From Eubacteriales bacterium (lineage in GTDB: Bacteria; Bacillota; Clostridia; Oscillospirales; CAG-382), in NCBI GenBank assembly GCA_045542335.1, contig JAZQKV010000017.1, forward strand, positions 12,169 to 76,168: DNA of 64,000 bases, read 5' to 3'. A program made the position numbers and the translations under genes. Numbering within the stretch: position 1 is the stretch's first letter; every line of letters starts with the position of its first letter. The notes below the pieces were generated by a model, which was given only the letters and a program-made list of their open reading frames with translations, did no database searches and was not told the origin of the DNA. Shown piece after piece: positions 53,675-63,846 of this stretch.

Positions 53675-55128
53675 AAAAGATACTGTTTGTTGGTGCAGAG
53701 GTTATGCCATTTGCCGCAACGGGCGGACTTGGAGATGTTCTCGGCTCACTTCCGGCGGCTTTGGTGGGCTGTAATGACCCGGAATCCGGGCGTGAACAGC
53801 TTGACGTGAGAGTTGTTATGCCGCTGTATAAGTCAATTAAAGATGAGTACAGAAAAAAGATGAAGCATGAATGTGATTTTTACCTCAACCTTTCATGGCG
53901 TAATCTTTATTGCGGAATAAAGTCCCTTGTCAAGGACGGCGTGACATTTTATTTCATTGACAACGAATATTATTTCAAGCGCGATTGCCTTTACGGTGAA
54001 ATGGACGACGGTGAGAGATATGCTTATTTCTGCACAGCGGTGCTTCACCTTATGCGCCACGTTGACTTTTATCCCGACATTCTGCACGCACACGACTGGC
54101 AGGCGGCTCTTTCGATTATTTATCTCAGCCGTCACTACCGTCATCTCCCCGAATACAGCGATATAAGAACAGTTTTCACCATTCACAACATTGAATATCA
54201 GGGACAGTATGGCTTTGATATTCTCGGCGATATTTTTGCACTTTCGGATTTCGACAGAGCGACTGTTGAATATAATGGCTGTATAAATCTTATGAAAGGC
54301 GCAATTGAGTGTGCCGACCTTGTTACGACGGTAAGTCCGACGTATGCACAGGAGATTAAGTATCCGCAGTATTCCCACAAGCTTTACCATGCACTTCTCA
54401 AGAATGACTACAAGCTTTCGGGAATTCTGAACGGAATTGACTATGAATACTATAATCCACTCAAGGATCCCATTATTGACACTCATTTTTCGGCAAAGAG
54501 CATTGCAAACAAAGCGAAAAACAAGCTTGCTTTCCAAAAGGAAATGGCTCTCCCCGAAAGAAAAGATGTTCCAATGCTTGCAATTGTGTCCCGCCTTGCG
54601 GCGCACAAGGGACTTGACATTATTGCCGAAAGTGTACACGAGCTTGTAAAACATGATATACAGCTTGTTGTTCTCGGAAAGGGAGATCCTTATTTTGAGG
54701 GGTTTTTCTACGAGCTTGAGGAGGCAAACAAAGACAAGGTGAGAAGCCTTATCATGTATGACAGAGATATGTCCAAGAAGGTTTATGCGGCGGCGGATAT
54801 TTTCCTTATGCCTTCAAAAACCGAGCCTTGCGGTCTTTCACAGATGATTGCTTCCCGTTATGGCGCAGTTCCCGTTACCCGTGAAACAGGCGGTCTTTAT
54901 GATTCCATCAAGGGCTATTGGGAGGATGAAAACGGAGATATTCACGGCAACGGCTTCACCTTTGCAAATTACAGCTCTGATGAGCTGACCGAACGTAGCC
55001 TTGCGGCAGTTTCGCTTTTTGGCGATGCGAAAAAATGGAAGAACCTTGTCAAAAAGGTCATGGAAACAGATTTTTCATGGCAGGTTTCTGCACAAAAATA
55101 TATTGAACTTTACGAAAAGCTTTATTAA
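53671..55128 (+). CDS. glgA: Glycogen synthase (ADP-glucose type)
   Basis: N-terminus EVMPFAATGGLGDV and C-terminal PSKTEPCGLSQM. The start overlaps the glgD stop by 4 nt. Confidence 0.9.
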   Translation: MKKILFVGAEVMPFAATGGLGDVLGSLPAALVGCNDPESGREQLDVRVVMPLYKSIKDEYRKKMKHECDFYLNLSWRNLYCGIKSLVKDGVTFYFIDNEYYFKRDCLYGEMDDGERYAYFCTAVLHLMRHVDFYPDILHAHDWQAALSIIYLSRHYRHLPEYSDIRTVFTIHNIEYQGQYGFDILGDIFALSDFDRATVEYNGCINLMKGAIECADLVTTVSPTYAQEIKYPQYSHKLYHALLKNDYKLSGILNGIDYEYYNPLKDPIIDTHFSAKSIANKAKNKLAFQKEMALPERKDVPMLAIVSRLAAHKGLDIIAESVHELVKHDIQLVVLGKGDPYFEGFFYELEEANKDKVRSLIMYDRDMSKKVYAAADIFLMPSKTEPCGLSQMIASRYGAVPVTRETGGLYDSIKGYWEDENGDIHGNGFTFANYSSDELTERSLAAVSLFGDAKKWKNLVKKVMETDFSWQVSAQKYIELYEKLY

Positions 55129-55136
55129 GGAATGTT

Positions 55137-55255
55137 GGGACTCTGTCCCGTACCCCAAGGGGGACTTTTCGAGAAAAAGAAGTTCGTAAGCGAACTTTTG
55201 AGTTTGTAAAACAAACTCCGGCCCCTTTGGAATCCCCGAAAAGCTTTAAAACATG
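55137..55255. repeat. Cluster of short hairpins/palindromes related to the 8790-8880 element
   Basis: Contains gggac-tct-gtccc (55137-55149), ggacttttcgagaaaaag, aagttcg-taag-cgaactt, gagtttg-taaaa-caaactc and ggaatccccgaaaagctttaaaac. These resemble the minus strand of 8795-8880 (ggactttttgaaaaaag ... gaatcccaaaaacttcaaaac). Confidence 0.5.
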
Positions 55256-55384
55256 AAAAAGTATTGTTTGAGATTCTTTGAAATGCTTTTTGCATAAAAG
55301 CAAGCATTGAATTAAACAATTGTTGATTCATAAGCTTTTGATTTTCTAATTTTTAAATCACAATCCACTAAGGAGAAACGACAA

Positions 55385-57823
55385 ATGAATTATTCCCCCA
55401 ACGCAAACGAAATTAAAGAACTTATCGAAACCAAGCTTTCACGTTACTTTGGCACAGGTGCTGCCGAGGCAACAAAGGAGCAGATGTACAAGGCGGCAGC
55501 ATTGACCGTTAAGGATATTCTCACATCAAAGCGCAACGATTACAAAAAGGCTGTTAATGCCGCAGGCGCAAAGAGAATTTATTATATGTGCATGGAGTTC
55601 CTTGTTGGACGCTCTCTCAAAAATAACCTCGGAAACCTTGGTCTTGCCGGTGAATACAGAGCAGCTGTTGAAAAGCTTGGCTTCAATCTCGACGAGCTTT
55701 ATGAAATGGAGCCCGACCCCGGACTTGGCAACGGAGGTCTTGGCAGACTTGCGGCGTGCTTTATGGACTCCCTTTCTTCCTGCGATTATCCTGCAACAGG
55801 ATTTTCAATCTGCTATGAATATGGTCTTTTCAAGCAGAGAATTGTTGACGGTATGCAGGTTGAGCTTCCCGACATCTGGCTTCCCGGCGGTGAAGTGTGG
55901 CTTGTTCCGAGAACAGACAGAGTTTTTCATGTTAAGTTTGGCGGTAGGGTTAAGGAAAACTGGCGCGATGACGGTAGATGCGAAATTATTTATGAGGACT
56001 GCGAGGAAATTGAGGCAATTCCTTATGACATGATGATTTCGGGTGCTGACAGCGATGCGGTTAGCAATCTTCGTCTTTGGAAAGCAAGAGATATAAACAA
56101 TTTCAATATGAATCTTTTCTCTCAGGGACAGTATGCAAGAGCACTCCGTGAAAGCACAAATGCCGAGGTTCTCTGCAAGGTGCTTTATCCGTCGGACAAC
56201 CACAACGAGGGAAAACTGCTTCGCCTTTCACAGCAATATTTCCTTGTTTCCGCTTCTGTTCAGAGCATTGTCCGTGACCACATGGCTGTTTACGGAAACA
56301 TTGACACTCTCCCCGAAAAGGCTTCAATTCATATCAACGACACTCATCCTGCTCTTTGTATTCCCGAGCTTATGAGAATCCTCATGGACGATTATTGTCT
56401 TGACTGGGATAGGGCATGGAACATTGTTACAAAAACCGTTTCTTACACTAACCACACCGTTCTTCCCGAAGCTCTTGAAACCTGGAACGAGGATATTTTC
56501 CGTCTCAGACTTCCGAGAATCTATATGATTGTCAGGGAAATCAACGAGCGTTTCTGCAAGGAAGCGTGGAACAGATTCCCCGGAACATGGGACAAAATTT
56601 CGTCAATGGCGATTGTCAGCTACGGTCAGGTGAGAATGGCGAACCTTTCTGTTGTGGGTTCTCATGCGGTAAACGGCGTTTCAAAGCTTCACTCGGATAT
56701 TCTTACAAAGTCTGTTTTCAAGGATTTCTACAAGATGTATCCTTACAAGTTTACAAATGTCACAAACGGTGTTGCCCACAGAAGATGGCTTTGCTATTCA
56801 AACCCTGCTCTTGCGGCACTTCTTGATGAGTGCATTGGTGCAGATTACAGACATCAGCCTGAAAAGCTCGGCGAATTTCTGAAATTTGCCGATGACAAGA
56901 ATGTCCTCAACTTCCTTGCACAGATAAAGAAGAATAACAAAATCGCATTTTCCAACTATCTGTTTAACAAAACCGGCTTAAAGCTTGACCCCGATTCTGT
57001 TTTCGATGTTCAGATAAAGAGACTTCACGAGTATAAGAGACAGCTTCTCAATGTTCTCAACATTATCAATATTTATCTTGCGCTCAAGGAGAATCCCAAT
57101 CTTGACATCCGCCCACAGACCTTTATTTTCGGTGCAAAGGCGGCTCCGGGATATTATCTTGCAAAGCAAATCATAAAGCTTATCTGTCAGATTTCCGCAG
57201 ATATTGAAAAGCATCCTGCAATCAAAGAAAAGCTCAGAGTTGTGTTCCTTGAGGATTACAACGTGAGCCTTGCGGAGATTCTTATTCCCTCGGCTGAAAT
57301 TTCCGAGCAGATTTCTCTTGCCGGCAAGGAGGCAAGCGGAACGGGTTGTATGAAGCTTATGATAAACGGTGCTCTTACAATCGGAACACTTGACGGTGCA
57401 AACGTTGAAATGCTTTCGGCAGTTGGCGACGACAATATGTTTATTTTCGGACTTAATGCAAACGAGGTTGAAAATCTTTGGGCATCGGGTTACAATGCTT
57501 CGCAGTATTATCATTATAACGACAGACTCAAGAAGATTGTTGATTTCCTCAACGTTGGCTTTAACGGAGAATCCTTCGGCGATATTGCGGCATATCTTCT
57601 TTCGGGACACGGCGTTGCCGATCCATATATGTGCCTTGCCGATTTTGAATCGTACAGACAGACACACGAAAAGCTTATTGAATACTATGCCGATGCTGAA
57701 AAATGGAACAAGATGAGCCTTGCAAACATCGCAGGCGCAGGATATTTTGCCGCAGACAGAAGTATTGGCGAATATGCGGACAAGATATGGCATCTCAAAA
57801 AGGTTAAGCACAATGCAAAATAA
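55385..57823 (+). CDS. glgP: Glycogen/maltodextrin phosphorylase
   Basis: 812 aa with the PLP-lysine region EQISLAGKEASGTGCMKLMINGA and typical GT35 blocks (GNGGLGRLAACF). Confidence 0.9.
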   Translation: MNYSPNANEIKELIETKLSRYFGTGAAEATKEQMYKAAALTVKDILTSKRNDYKKAVNAAGAKRIYYMCMEFLVGRSLKNNLGNLGLAGEYRAAVEKLGFNLDELYEMEPDPGLGNGGLGRLAACFMDSLSSCDYPATGFSICYEYGLFKQRIVDGMQVELPDIWLPGGEVWLVPRTDRVFHVKFGGRVKENWRDDGRCEIIYEDCEEIEAIPYDMMISGADSDAVSNLRLWKARDINNFNMNLFSQGQYARALRESTNAEVLCKVLYPSDNHNEGKLLRLSQQYFLVSASVQSIVRDHMAVYGNIDTLPEKASIHINDTHPALCIPELMRILMDDYCLDWDRAWNIVTKTVSYTNHTVLPEALETWNEDIFRLRLPRIYMIVREINERFCKEAWNRFPGTWDKISSMAIVSYGQVRMANLSVVGSHAVNGVSKLHSDILTKSVFKDFYKMYPYKFTNVTNGVAHRRWLCYSNPALAALLDECIGADYRHQPEKLGEFLKFADDKNVLNFLAQIKKNNKIAFSNYLFNKTGLKLDPDSVFDVQIKRLHEYKRQLLNVLNIINIYLALKENPNLDIRPQTFIFGAKAAPGYYLAKQIIKLICQISADIEKHPAIKEKLRVVFLEDYNVSLAEILIPSAEISEQISLAGKEASGTGCMKLMINGALTIGTLDGANVEMLSAVGDDNMFIFGLNANEVENLWASGYNASQYYHYNDRLKKIVDFLNVGFNGESFGDIAAYLLSGHGVADPYMCLADFESYRQTHEKLIEYYADAEKWNKMSLANIAGAGYFAADRSIGEYADKIWHLKKVKHNAK

Positions 57824-57913
57824 TGAAGAGTGAATGAGGTCTGAAATCAGGCATTCATTGTTTGAAAAGTCATGGGAGTCAACCGGAATAAGTTGGCTCC
57901 CAAAGAGGATTTT

Positions 57914-58795
57914 ATGAGTAATTTTCCGGTTAAAAACAAAAAAGAAATATTTAAGGATGTTTTGTATTTCGCCGTTGGCGGATTCTTATATGCCCTCGGT
58001 ATTTGCACCTTTGCAAAGGGGGCGCAGTTTGCACCGGGAGGAATTTCGGGTCTTGCGATGATTGCAAATGCGCTCTGGAATGTTCCGATTGGTGTTATAA
58101 CGCTGATTCTCAATATTCCGTTTGTGCTTTTGAGTTGGAAATATGTCGGTAAAAAGTTTCTTGTGAAGTCGCTTGTCAGCATGGTGGTTTGCACGTTCTT
58201 TATTGACGTTGTCTTCCCATTCTTGCCAACATACGACGGAGATGCTTTTATGTCGGCGGTGTTTTCGGGTGCGGCACTTGGTGCGGGAATGGCGTTTATG
58301 TATATGAGAGGTTCTTCCACGGGTGGCACGGATTTTCTCATTGTGCCAATCAAGGTGTTATATCCGCATTTTTCAATGGGTACGGTTATTGCTGTGACAG
58401 ATTTTATTGTTATCATGCTCGGATGGCCTGTGTTCGGAAGCTTTGATTCGGTGCTTTACGGACTTTCCTGTACGGCGGCGGCAACCATTGTCATTGATAA
58501 GCTTTTGTACGGAACGGGTTCGGGAAAACTGCTTGTCATTGTCAGCGACCGTGGCGAGGAAATTTCACGACGCATTGACAGCGAATGTGGCAGAGGTTCA
58601 ACTCTTTGTCCCTCTGTTGGCTCATATAGCGGAAGCACAAAGCAGATGCTGTTTTGTGCCTGCTCAAAATCCCAGGTTGCGGACATACGCACGCTTGCAA
58701 GCGAGGTTGACAACAAGGCATTTATTGTTGTTACAGAGGCGAGCGAAGTGTTTGGCAACGGTTTCACCTCTCACAAGGGCGACAACTGGGGTTAA
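57914..58795 (+). CDS. YitT-family membrane protein (DUF2179 C-terminal domain)
   Basis: MSNFPVKNKKEIFKDVLYFAVGGFLYALGICTF..., with 5 TM segments followed by a soluble C-terminal domain. The start is behind AGAGGA (the track start 57872 has no RBS). Confidence 0.7.
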   Translation: MSNFPVKNKKEIFKDVLYFAVGGFLYALGICTFAKGAQFAPGGISGLAMIANALWNVPIGVITLILNIPFVLLSWKYVGKKFLVKSLVSMVVCTFFIDVVFPFLPTYDGDAFMSAVFSGAALGAGMAFMYMRGSSTGGTDFLIVPIKVLYPHFSMGTVIAVTDFIVIMLGWPVFGSFDSVLYGLSCTAAATIVIDKLLYGTGSGKLLVIVSDRGEEISRRIDSECGRGSTLCPSVGSYSGSTKQMLFCACSKSQVADIRTLASEVDNKAFIVVTEASEVFGNGFTSHKGDNWG

Positions 58796-58819
58796 GCATT
58801 TGATTATGTGGAAAAATAA

Positions 58820-58859
58820 GTGCAAGAGAGTGCTTTTTGGCAGTCTCTTGCACTTTTTT
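58820..58859. terminator. Intrinsic terminator between convergent yitT-like gene and sbcC
   Basis: A 10-bp stem (gtgcaagaga / tctcttgcac) is followed by tttttt. Confidence 0.75.
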
Positions 58860-58910
58860 GCGTGTAAGTTGTATTTTGAAGAAAAGCAGTTGACGGTGTA
58901 ACGTTAATTA

Positions 58911-61709
58911 TCAGGTGATGATGCTTACAACACTTCCACCTGTGCCGCACTTTTGCTTTGTTACCACAATTTGCTTGTCAATTCTGCTTTTGAGTTCGGC
59001 AACGTGGGAAATGATTCCAACAAGTCTTCCGCCACCGCCGCTTTCGTTTCCGGCAATGCCGCAGAGAGCGTTTATCGCCTGATTGAGTGATTCCTCGTCA
59101 AGAGAGCCAAAGCCTTCGTCAACAAACATGGTGTCAAGACGTATTCCGCCTGCCGAGGATTGGATTTCATCGGAAAGACCGAGCGCAAGAGCAAGGGAAG
59201 CCTTGAAAGCCTCTCCGCCGGACAGGGTTTTAACGCTTCGGACTGTGCCGTTATAGTGGTCGGTGACATTGAGGTCAAGTCCGCTTTTTGCACGGTTGTT
59301 TTCCGAGATTTGGGCGCGGACAAGCTCATACTGACCTGATGACATGACCATGAGGCGTGTGTTTGCCCGTCTTATTATGCGGTCGAAGAAAGTCATTTGT
59401 ATGTAAGTTTCAAGCATTACTTTTTCCTTGCCGCCGAGTGTTCCGCAGGCGGTGTCGGAAAGCTGCTTTATCATGGCAAAGCGTTCTTCTGCGTCATCGA
59501 GAAGCCGTGACTTTGTCGACATTCCCGAAAGGGCAAGCCTGTTTGCCGAAAGTCTTGCGGCGCAGAGCTTAACCTGCTTTTCAAGCGAGTTTTTTTGCTC
59601 CTGAATAACGGCAATTTTTTCTTTAAGCTCGGAGACATTGGCTTGGGGGTCATCTTTAAGCGAGGCTTCAAGACTTTTTATTGAAGCAGAAAGTGCGGTG
59701 ACCTTTGTGAGATGCTCGGAGTATTCCGCTTCGGCTTTTGAGGCGGTTTGCTTTATTATCTCGGAGGCTTGAATGAGCTTTGTTTTGTGGGCGAGGACTT
59801 CTTCTTTGCTTTCAAATTTGCTGTCTTTCAAAAGCTCGTCAAGGCGTTGCTGCGTGAGCTTTTGAGCGGCTCGGACCTCGGAAATTTCGCTTTGTGCCTC
59901 GGCTTCGGCGTTTTTACTTTGTTCAAGGAGCTGTTCGCTTTGGGAGAGCTCGGTGTTTATTTGCTTTTTGCGTGTGTTTTTCTGCTGTTCTGCGAGCAGG
60001 AGTTGATTGCAATACTCCATTTGCGCATTTGTTTCGTCTGAAAGCTCTTTGACTTTGGCGGAAAGAATCTGCATTTCTTCCGGCAGATTTTCGTCATCAA
60101 AAAGCTCGGCGGCAAGGCTTTTTATGAGTTCACTTCCGGTTGCGATATTTCCCTTTAATTCCTGCGCTTTGTTGCTTGCTTGCAGACTTTTGGTTGCGGC
60201 AGTGTCGCTTTCAAGCTTGAGCTGTTCAAGCTGTTCCTTTGTGGGAGCATCGGAGTGGGGCGTGGCAGGTGCGGGGTGCGAAAGTGAGCCGCAAACGGGG
60301 CAGGGAACTCCGTCTGTGAGATATGCGGCGATTATGCCTGCCTGACCGTCGAGAAAGGCGCGGTTTGCCTGCCTGTGACGTTGACCGGCAAGGTCGGCGG
60401 CATCGGCAAGGCTTTTGTATTCGGCAAGAGCTTTGAAATAATCGTTGTTCAGAGTGTTAAGCCTTATTATATAACGGCGAAGGAGTTCTATGCGTTCTTT
60501 TTCGTTTTTGAGTTGCCCAAGCTTTGCTTCAAGCCTTTCGATTTGCACAGAGCTGTCACCGAGATTCTGATACTCCTCTTTAAGTGCGGCAAGCTTTTGC
60601 GTTTCGGAAACAGCCGTGTTGTGTGCGGAAAACCTGTTACTTTCAAGCACGGCGAGCTTTTGGGTGAGAAGATTTACGTCGCCTGTCGCTTTTTCAATGT
60701 CATTTAAACGTGCAAGCTCTGTGTCGGCAAGGGCAATGCTTGCGGCAATGCCGTCGAGCTTTTGTGTTTCTTCTTTGGCTTTATCTGCTGTGTTTTTCAG
60801 CGTTTCAAGCTGCGGCTTTTCCGTTTCAAGCTCGCTTTTTTCCTGTTCGAGTTGTTTTTTTGTGTTTTCAAAGCTTTCGGCAACAGCGATGGCGGCGGAA
60901 ACTTCTGCGTAGCTTTTGTCGGCAAGGTCGGTCTGCTCTTTCAGACGCTTTTCTTCAAGCTCGTCAAGACTTATAAGTTCTTGAGCAACAAGACAGGAAT
61001 CCTCCGCTGTGAGTGTGCCGCTTTTGGCGTCGGTGACTCTTTGGCAAAGCTCGTGGTTTTCGGGAAAGTCGAGTAGTCCTATATATCTTGCGATGTCAAG
61101 ACGAAGTTCTTCGCATTTGCTTCTGTATTCCGATGTGAGAGTTTTAAGGCTTTCCTGAAGGACGGAAAATTTTTCTGTGCCGAAAATACGGCGGAAAATC
61201 TTTTTGCGGTCCTCGGTGGGCGCAAGAAGAAGCTTTAGAAAATCGCCCTGGGCGATCATTGCAATTTGCATGAACTGACTTCTGTCGATGCCGATTATAT
61301 CACGGACGGCAATGTCAACCTCTTTGGGCTTGGCAATCACGGAAAGGTCGGGAAGCGTGAGCTCAGCGGTTGCGGGTTGTGTTGTTGTGCCGCCGCCTCT
61401 TTTTGACGGTCTTTCATATTGGGGGCTTCTTCTGACGGTGTAAAGCTTGCCGCCATAATCAAAGGTGAGTTCGGCAAAGGTCGGGGTGTCGGCATCGGCA
61501 TATTTCGAGCGAAGCATTGACGGCTCTCGGTTTTCTCCGCTTGCTTCACCATAGAGCGTGAAGGTTATGGCATCAAAAATTGTTGTTTTTCCTGCGCCCG
61601 TGTCGCCGGTTATGAGATAGATACCGTTTTTGCCGAGCTTTTCAAAATCAATTTCCACTTTGCCGCTGTATGGACCGAATGCGCAAAGGGTGAGCTTGAC
61701 GGGTCTCAA
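58911..61709 (-). CDS. sbcC: Exonuclease SbcCD, ATPase subunit SbcC
   Basis: Walker A GDTGAGKTT, a long coiled coil with zinc hook CPVCG, ABC signature LSGGE and Walker B MFVDEGFG. Confidence 0.85.
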   Translation of the reverse strand: MRPVKLTLCAFGPYSGKVEIDFEKLGKNGIYLITGDTGAGKTTIFDAITFTLYGEASGENREPSMLRSKYADADTPTFAELTFDYGGKLYTVRRSPQYERPSKRGGGTTTQPATAELTLPDLSVIAKPKEVDIAVRDIIGIDRSQFMQIAMIAQGDFLKLLLAPTEDRKKIFRRIFGTEKFSVLQESLKTLTSEYRSKCEELRLDIARYIGLLDFPENHELCQRVTDAKSGTLTAEDSCLVAQELISLDELEEKRLKEQTDLADKSYAEVSAAIAVAESFENTKKQLEQEKSELETEKPQLETLKNTADKAKEETQKLDGIAASIALADTELARLNDIEKATGDVNLLTQKLAVLESNRFSAHNTAVSETQKLAALKEEYQNLGDSSVQIERLEAKLGQLKNEKERIELLRRYIIRLNTLNNDYFKALAEYKSLADAADLAGQRHRQANRAFLDGQAGIIAAYLTDGVPCPVCGSLSHPAPATPHSDAPTKEQLEQLKLESDTAATKSLQASNKAQELKGNIATGSELIKSLAAELFDDENLPEEMQILSAKVKELSDETNAQMEYCNQLLLAEQQKNTRKKQINTELSQSEQLLEQSKNAEAEAQSEISEVRAAQKLTQQRLDELLKDSKFESKEEVLAHKTKLIQASEIIKQTASKAEAEYSEHLTKVTALSASIKSLEASLKDDPQANVSELKEKIAVIQEQKNSLEKQVKLCAARLSANRLALSGMSTKSRLLDDAEERFAMIKQLSDTACGTLGGKEKVMLETYIQMTFFDRIIRRANTRLMVMSSGQYELVRAQISENNRAKSGLDLNVTDHYNGTVRSVKTLSGGEAFKASLALALGLSDEIQSSAGGIRLDTMFVDEGFGSLDEESLNQAINALCGIAGNESGGGGRLVGIISHVAELKSRIDKQIVVTKQKCGTGGSVVSIIT

Positions 61710-62875
61710 AGTGTGTCACCGCCTTTCCATATTTTTTCTATAAGTCCGTTTACGATTCCGCTTTGTTCGGCTGTCATGTCAGCGTTGTTCTGCAGCTTGA
61801 AAAACTCGGAAAACAGCTCAAAGGGGTCTCTTGAGCCGGGGTTTTCATCGCTGTATAAAAGTCCTGAATCCGAACGTGTGCGTGCGTTGTCGTAGTCAAG
61901 TTTCATGAGATAAGGATATATGACACGGAGCTTGCCTATGGCATCGGGGACATCGGTTTCGTCGGTGAGAGTTATATACATATAGTTTTGAGTGTTTATT
62001 TCGGGAGATGTGTAAAAGCTTCTTGCGGTGAGCTCGGAATATTTGCCTTTAATGTGTTGCATATCACGAAGCGGTTCAAGGGGAATGGCGCAAATGTCAA
62101 GCTCATTCTTATGACCGAGTGTCACAACTGTTATGCTTTTCTCGTGGTTGATTTCGGAAAGCGAGTATTTGAGAGGAGTTCCGCAATATCGGATTTTGCC
62201 GCCGTTCATTGATTGCGGTGCATGAATGTGCCCGAGAGCAACATAGTCAAAGTCGCAAAAAACACCTGCGTCAACGTTGTCTGTTCCGCCGACAGTTATT
62301 TCCTCGGATTCGCTTCTTACAGCACCTGTCACAAACTGATGCGTGATAAGGACGTTTCTCACATTCGGATCAAGGTTCATGCGTTTAATGGCAAAGCTTA
62401 CAGCTTGGGTGTAGGACATTGCGGCGGTGTCGTTTTCTTCATCGTTGTCCTGAATAAAGCGTTTTACGTTTGCGGGTTTTATAAATGGGAGCATATATAT
62501 TTCAACTTTGCCGAGGGAGTCTTCGAGGGTGACGGGGGAAACTTCGCCGTTATACACGGGCGAAAGGTGTATACCGCTGTTGTTCATGAGCTTTGCGCCG
62601 AAAGCAATGCGTTCGGGAGAATCATGATTACCGCTTATGACAAAAATATGAGGACAAACCTGCGAAAGTCCCACAAGAAAATCGTCAAACAGGCTGACTG
62701 CCTCGGCTGACGGCATGGATTTGTCATAGACATCTCCGGCTATGAAAACGGCATCGGGTTGTTGTTCACGGGTTATTCCGATGATTTTTTGCATAATATA
62801 CTTCTGGTCATCAGCCATGGAATACTCGTTTACTTTTTTGCCAAGATGAAGGTCGGACAGATGTATGAATTTCAT
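61706..62875 (-). CDS. sbcD: Exonuclease SbcCD, nuclease subunit SbcD (Mre11 family)
   Basis: Phosphoesterase motifs HLSDLHLG, GDVYD, GNHD and GHIH. The stop overlaps the sbcC start by 4 nt. The start is at MKFIHL. Confidence 0.85.
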   Translation of the reverse strand: MKFIHLSDLHLGKKVNEYSMADDQKYIMQKIIGITREQQPDAVFIAGDVYDKSMPSAEAVSLFDDFLVGLSQVCPHIFVISGNHDSPERIAFGAKLMNNSGIHLSPVYNGEVSPVTLEDSLGKVEIYMLPFIKPANVKRFIQDNDEENDTAAMSYTQAVSFAIKRMNLDPNVRNVLITHQFVTGAVRSESEEITVGGTDNVDAGVFCDFDYVALGHIHAPQSMNGGKIRYCGTPLKYSLSEINHEKSITVVTLGHKNELDICAIPLEPLRDMQHIKGKYSELTARSFYTSPEINTQNYMYITLTDETDVPDAIGKLRVIYPYLMKLDYDNARTRSDSGLLYSDENPGSRDPFELFSEFFKLQNNADMTAEQSGIVNGLIEKIWKGGDTL

Positions 62876-62901
62876 TTTGTCACCCTTTCCCATGTTTTGT
62901 T

Positions 62902-63426
62902 TTATAAATCAAATGTTGCCTTTTCACCATTTTTGCCACACAGCTTTATACGCTTGGCAAGCTCAATGCAACAGGCGCGGATTTCATTGTAGGTAGTGTC
63001 AAAATCTCCGCTGTACCAAGGGTCGGCAACATCGCCGGCATGGCTCATATCACACAATCTGCCGCTTTCGTATTGCTTGAGCTTGCGGATTTTTTTGCCG
63101 GGGTCATTGCCGAAAATGCGGTGCATATTGCGGATATTTGCACTGTCCATACCGACAAAGAGATCATATTTTCCATAATCGTCACGGCAGAGCTGAACTG
63201 CACGTTTTTCTCTGAAATCTGTAATCCCGTTTTCTGAAAGCTTTCTTGCCGCAGGAGGATAAATGGGGTTGCCATGTCCGGCGTAAATTTCCTCGGTGCT
63301 TGTTGCACTTGAACAAACAAGCTCGCAAAGGCTTTCAAGACCGTTTTTGCGTATAATATCCCTGAGCACAAATTCAGCCATTGGTGAACGGCAGATGTTG
63401 CCGTGGCAGACGAACATTATTTTCAT
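62902..63426 (-). CDS. Low-molecular-weight protein phosphatase (Tyr/Arg phosphatase family)
   Basis: Has the P-loop MFVCHGNICRSPMAEF (CX5RS) and a C-terminal DPWY motif. It lies 26 nt upstream of sbcD on the same strand. Confidence 0.85.
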   Translation of the reverse strand: MKIMFVCHGNICRSPMAEFVLRDIIRKNGLESLCELVCSSATSTEEIYAGHGNPIYPPAARKLSENGITDFREKRAVQLCRDDYGKYDLFVGMDSANIRNMHRIFGNDPGKKIRKLKQYESGRLCDMSHAGDVADPWYSGDFDTTYNEIRACCIELAKRIKLCGKNGEKATFDL

Positions 63427-63457
63427 TTTGAAATGCTCCTTTTGCTGTTCTTACAAA

Positions 63458-63486
63458 ATTATAACATATACGCCGATAAATTTCAA
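63458..63486 (-). promoter_or_regulatory. Sigma-A promoter for the phosphatase-sbcDC transcription unit
   Basis: The minus strand reads TTGAAA-N17-TATAAT with a TGt extended -10, about 30 nt upstream of the ATG at 63426. Confidence 0.5.
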
Positions 63487-63846
63487 GTGTTTTGAAATAA
63501 AAAGCGGTTAACAAAAAAGCAGTGGTCAAAAGTGTGGTTCCAAGGGTTGCCTTGTATGCTTTGTCCCCGGGTTTTCTTTTCAGGTATTTATGTACGCATT
63601 TGTGTGAAGGACTTTATAGTCGGAACATATCGTTTCTAACACCGTCGAAACGCCTGCTTTAAGGATGCTTTTGCTTTGCCGAGTTGTTCGCCACGGTAAC
63701 TCAAACGGATTTTGAGAAACAAACTGTATTAAATGGTGTATTTGAGATTATAGTTTGAAAAATATTATTGTTTTGTTAAAAAATGCGTGTTATAATATAG
63801 AGTGATGTGTGTTGACACAAAATTATTTCTACTTTTGGAGGACATT

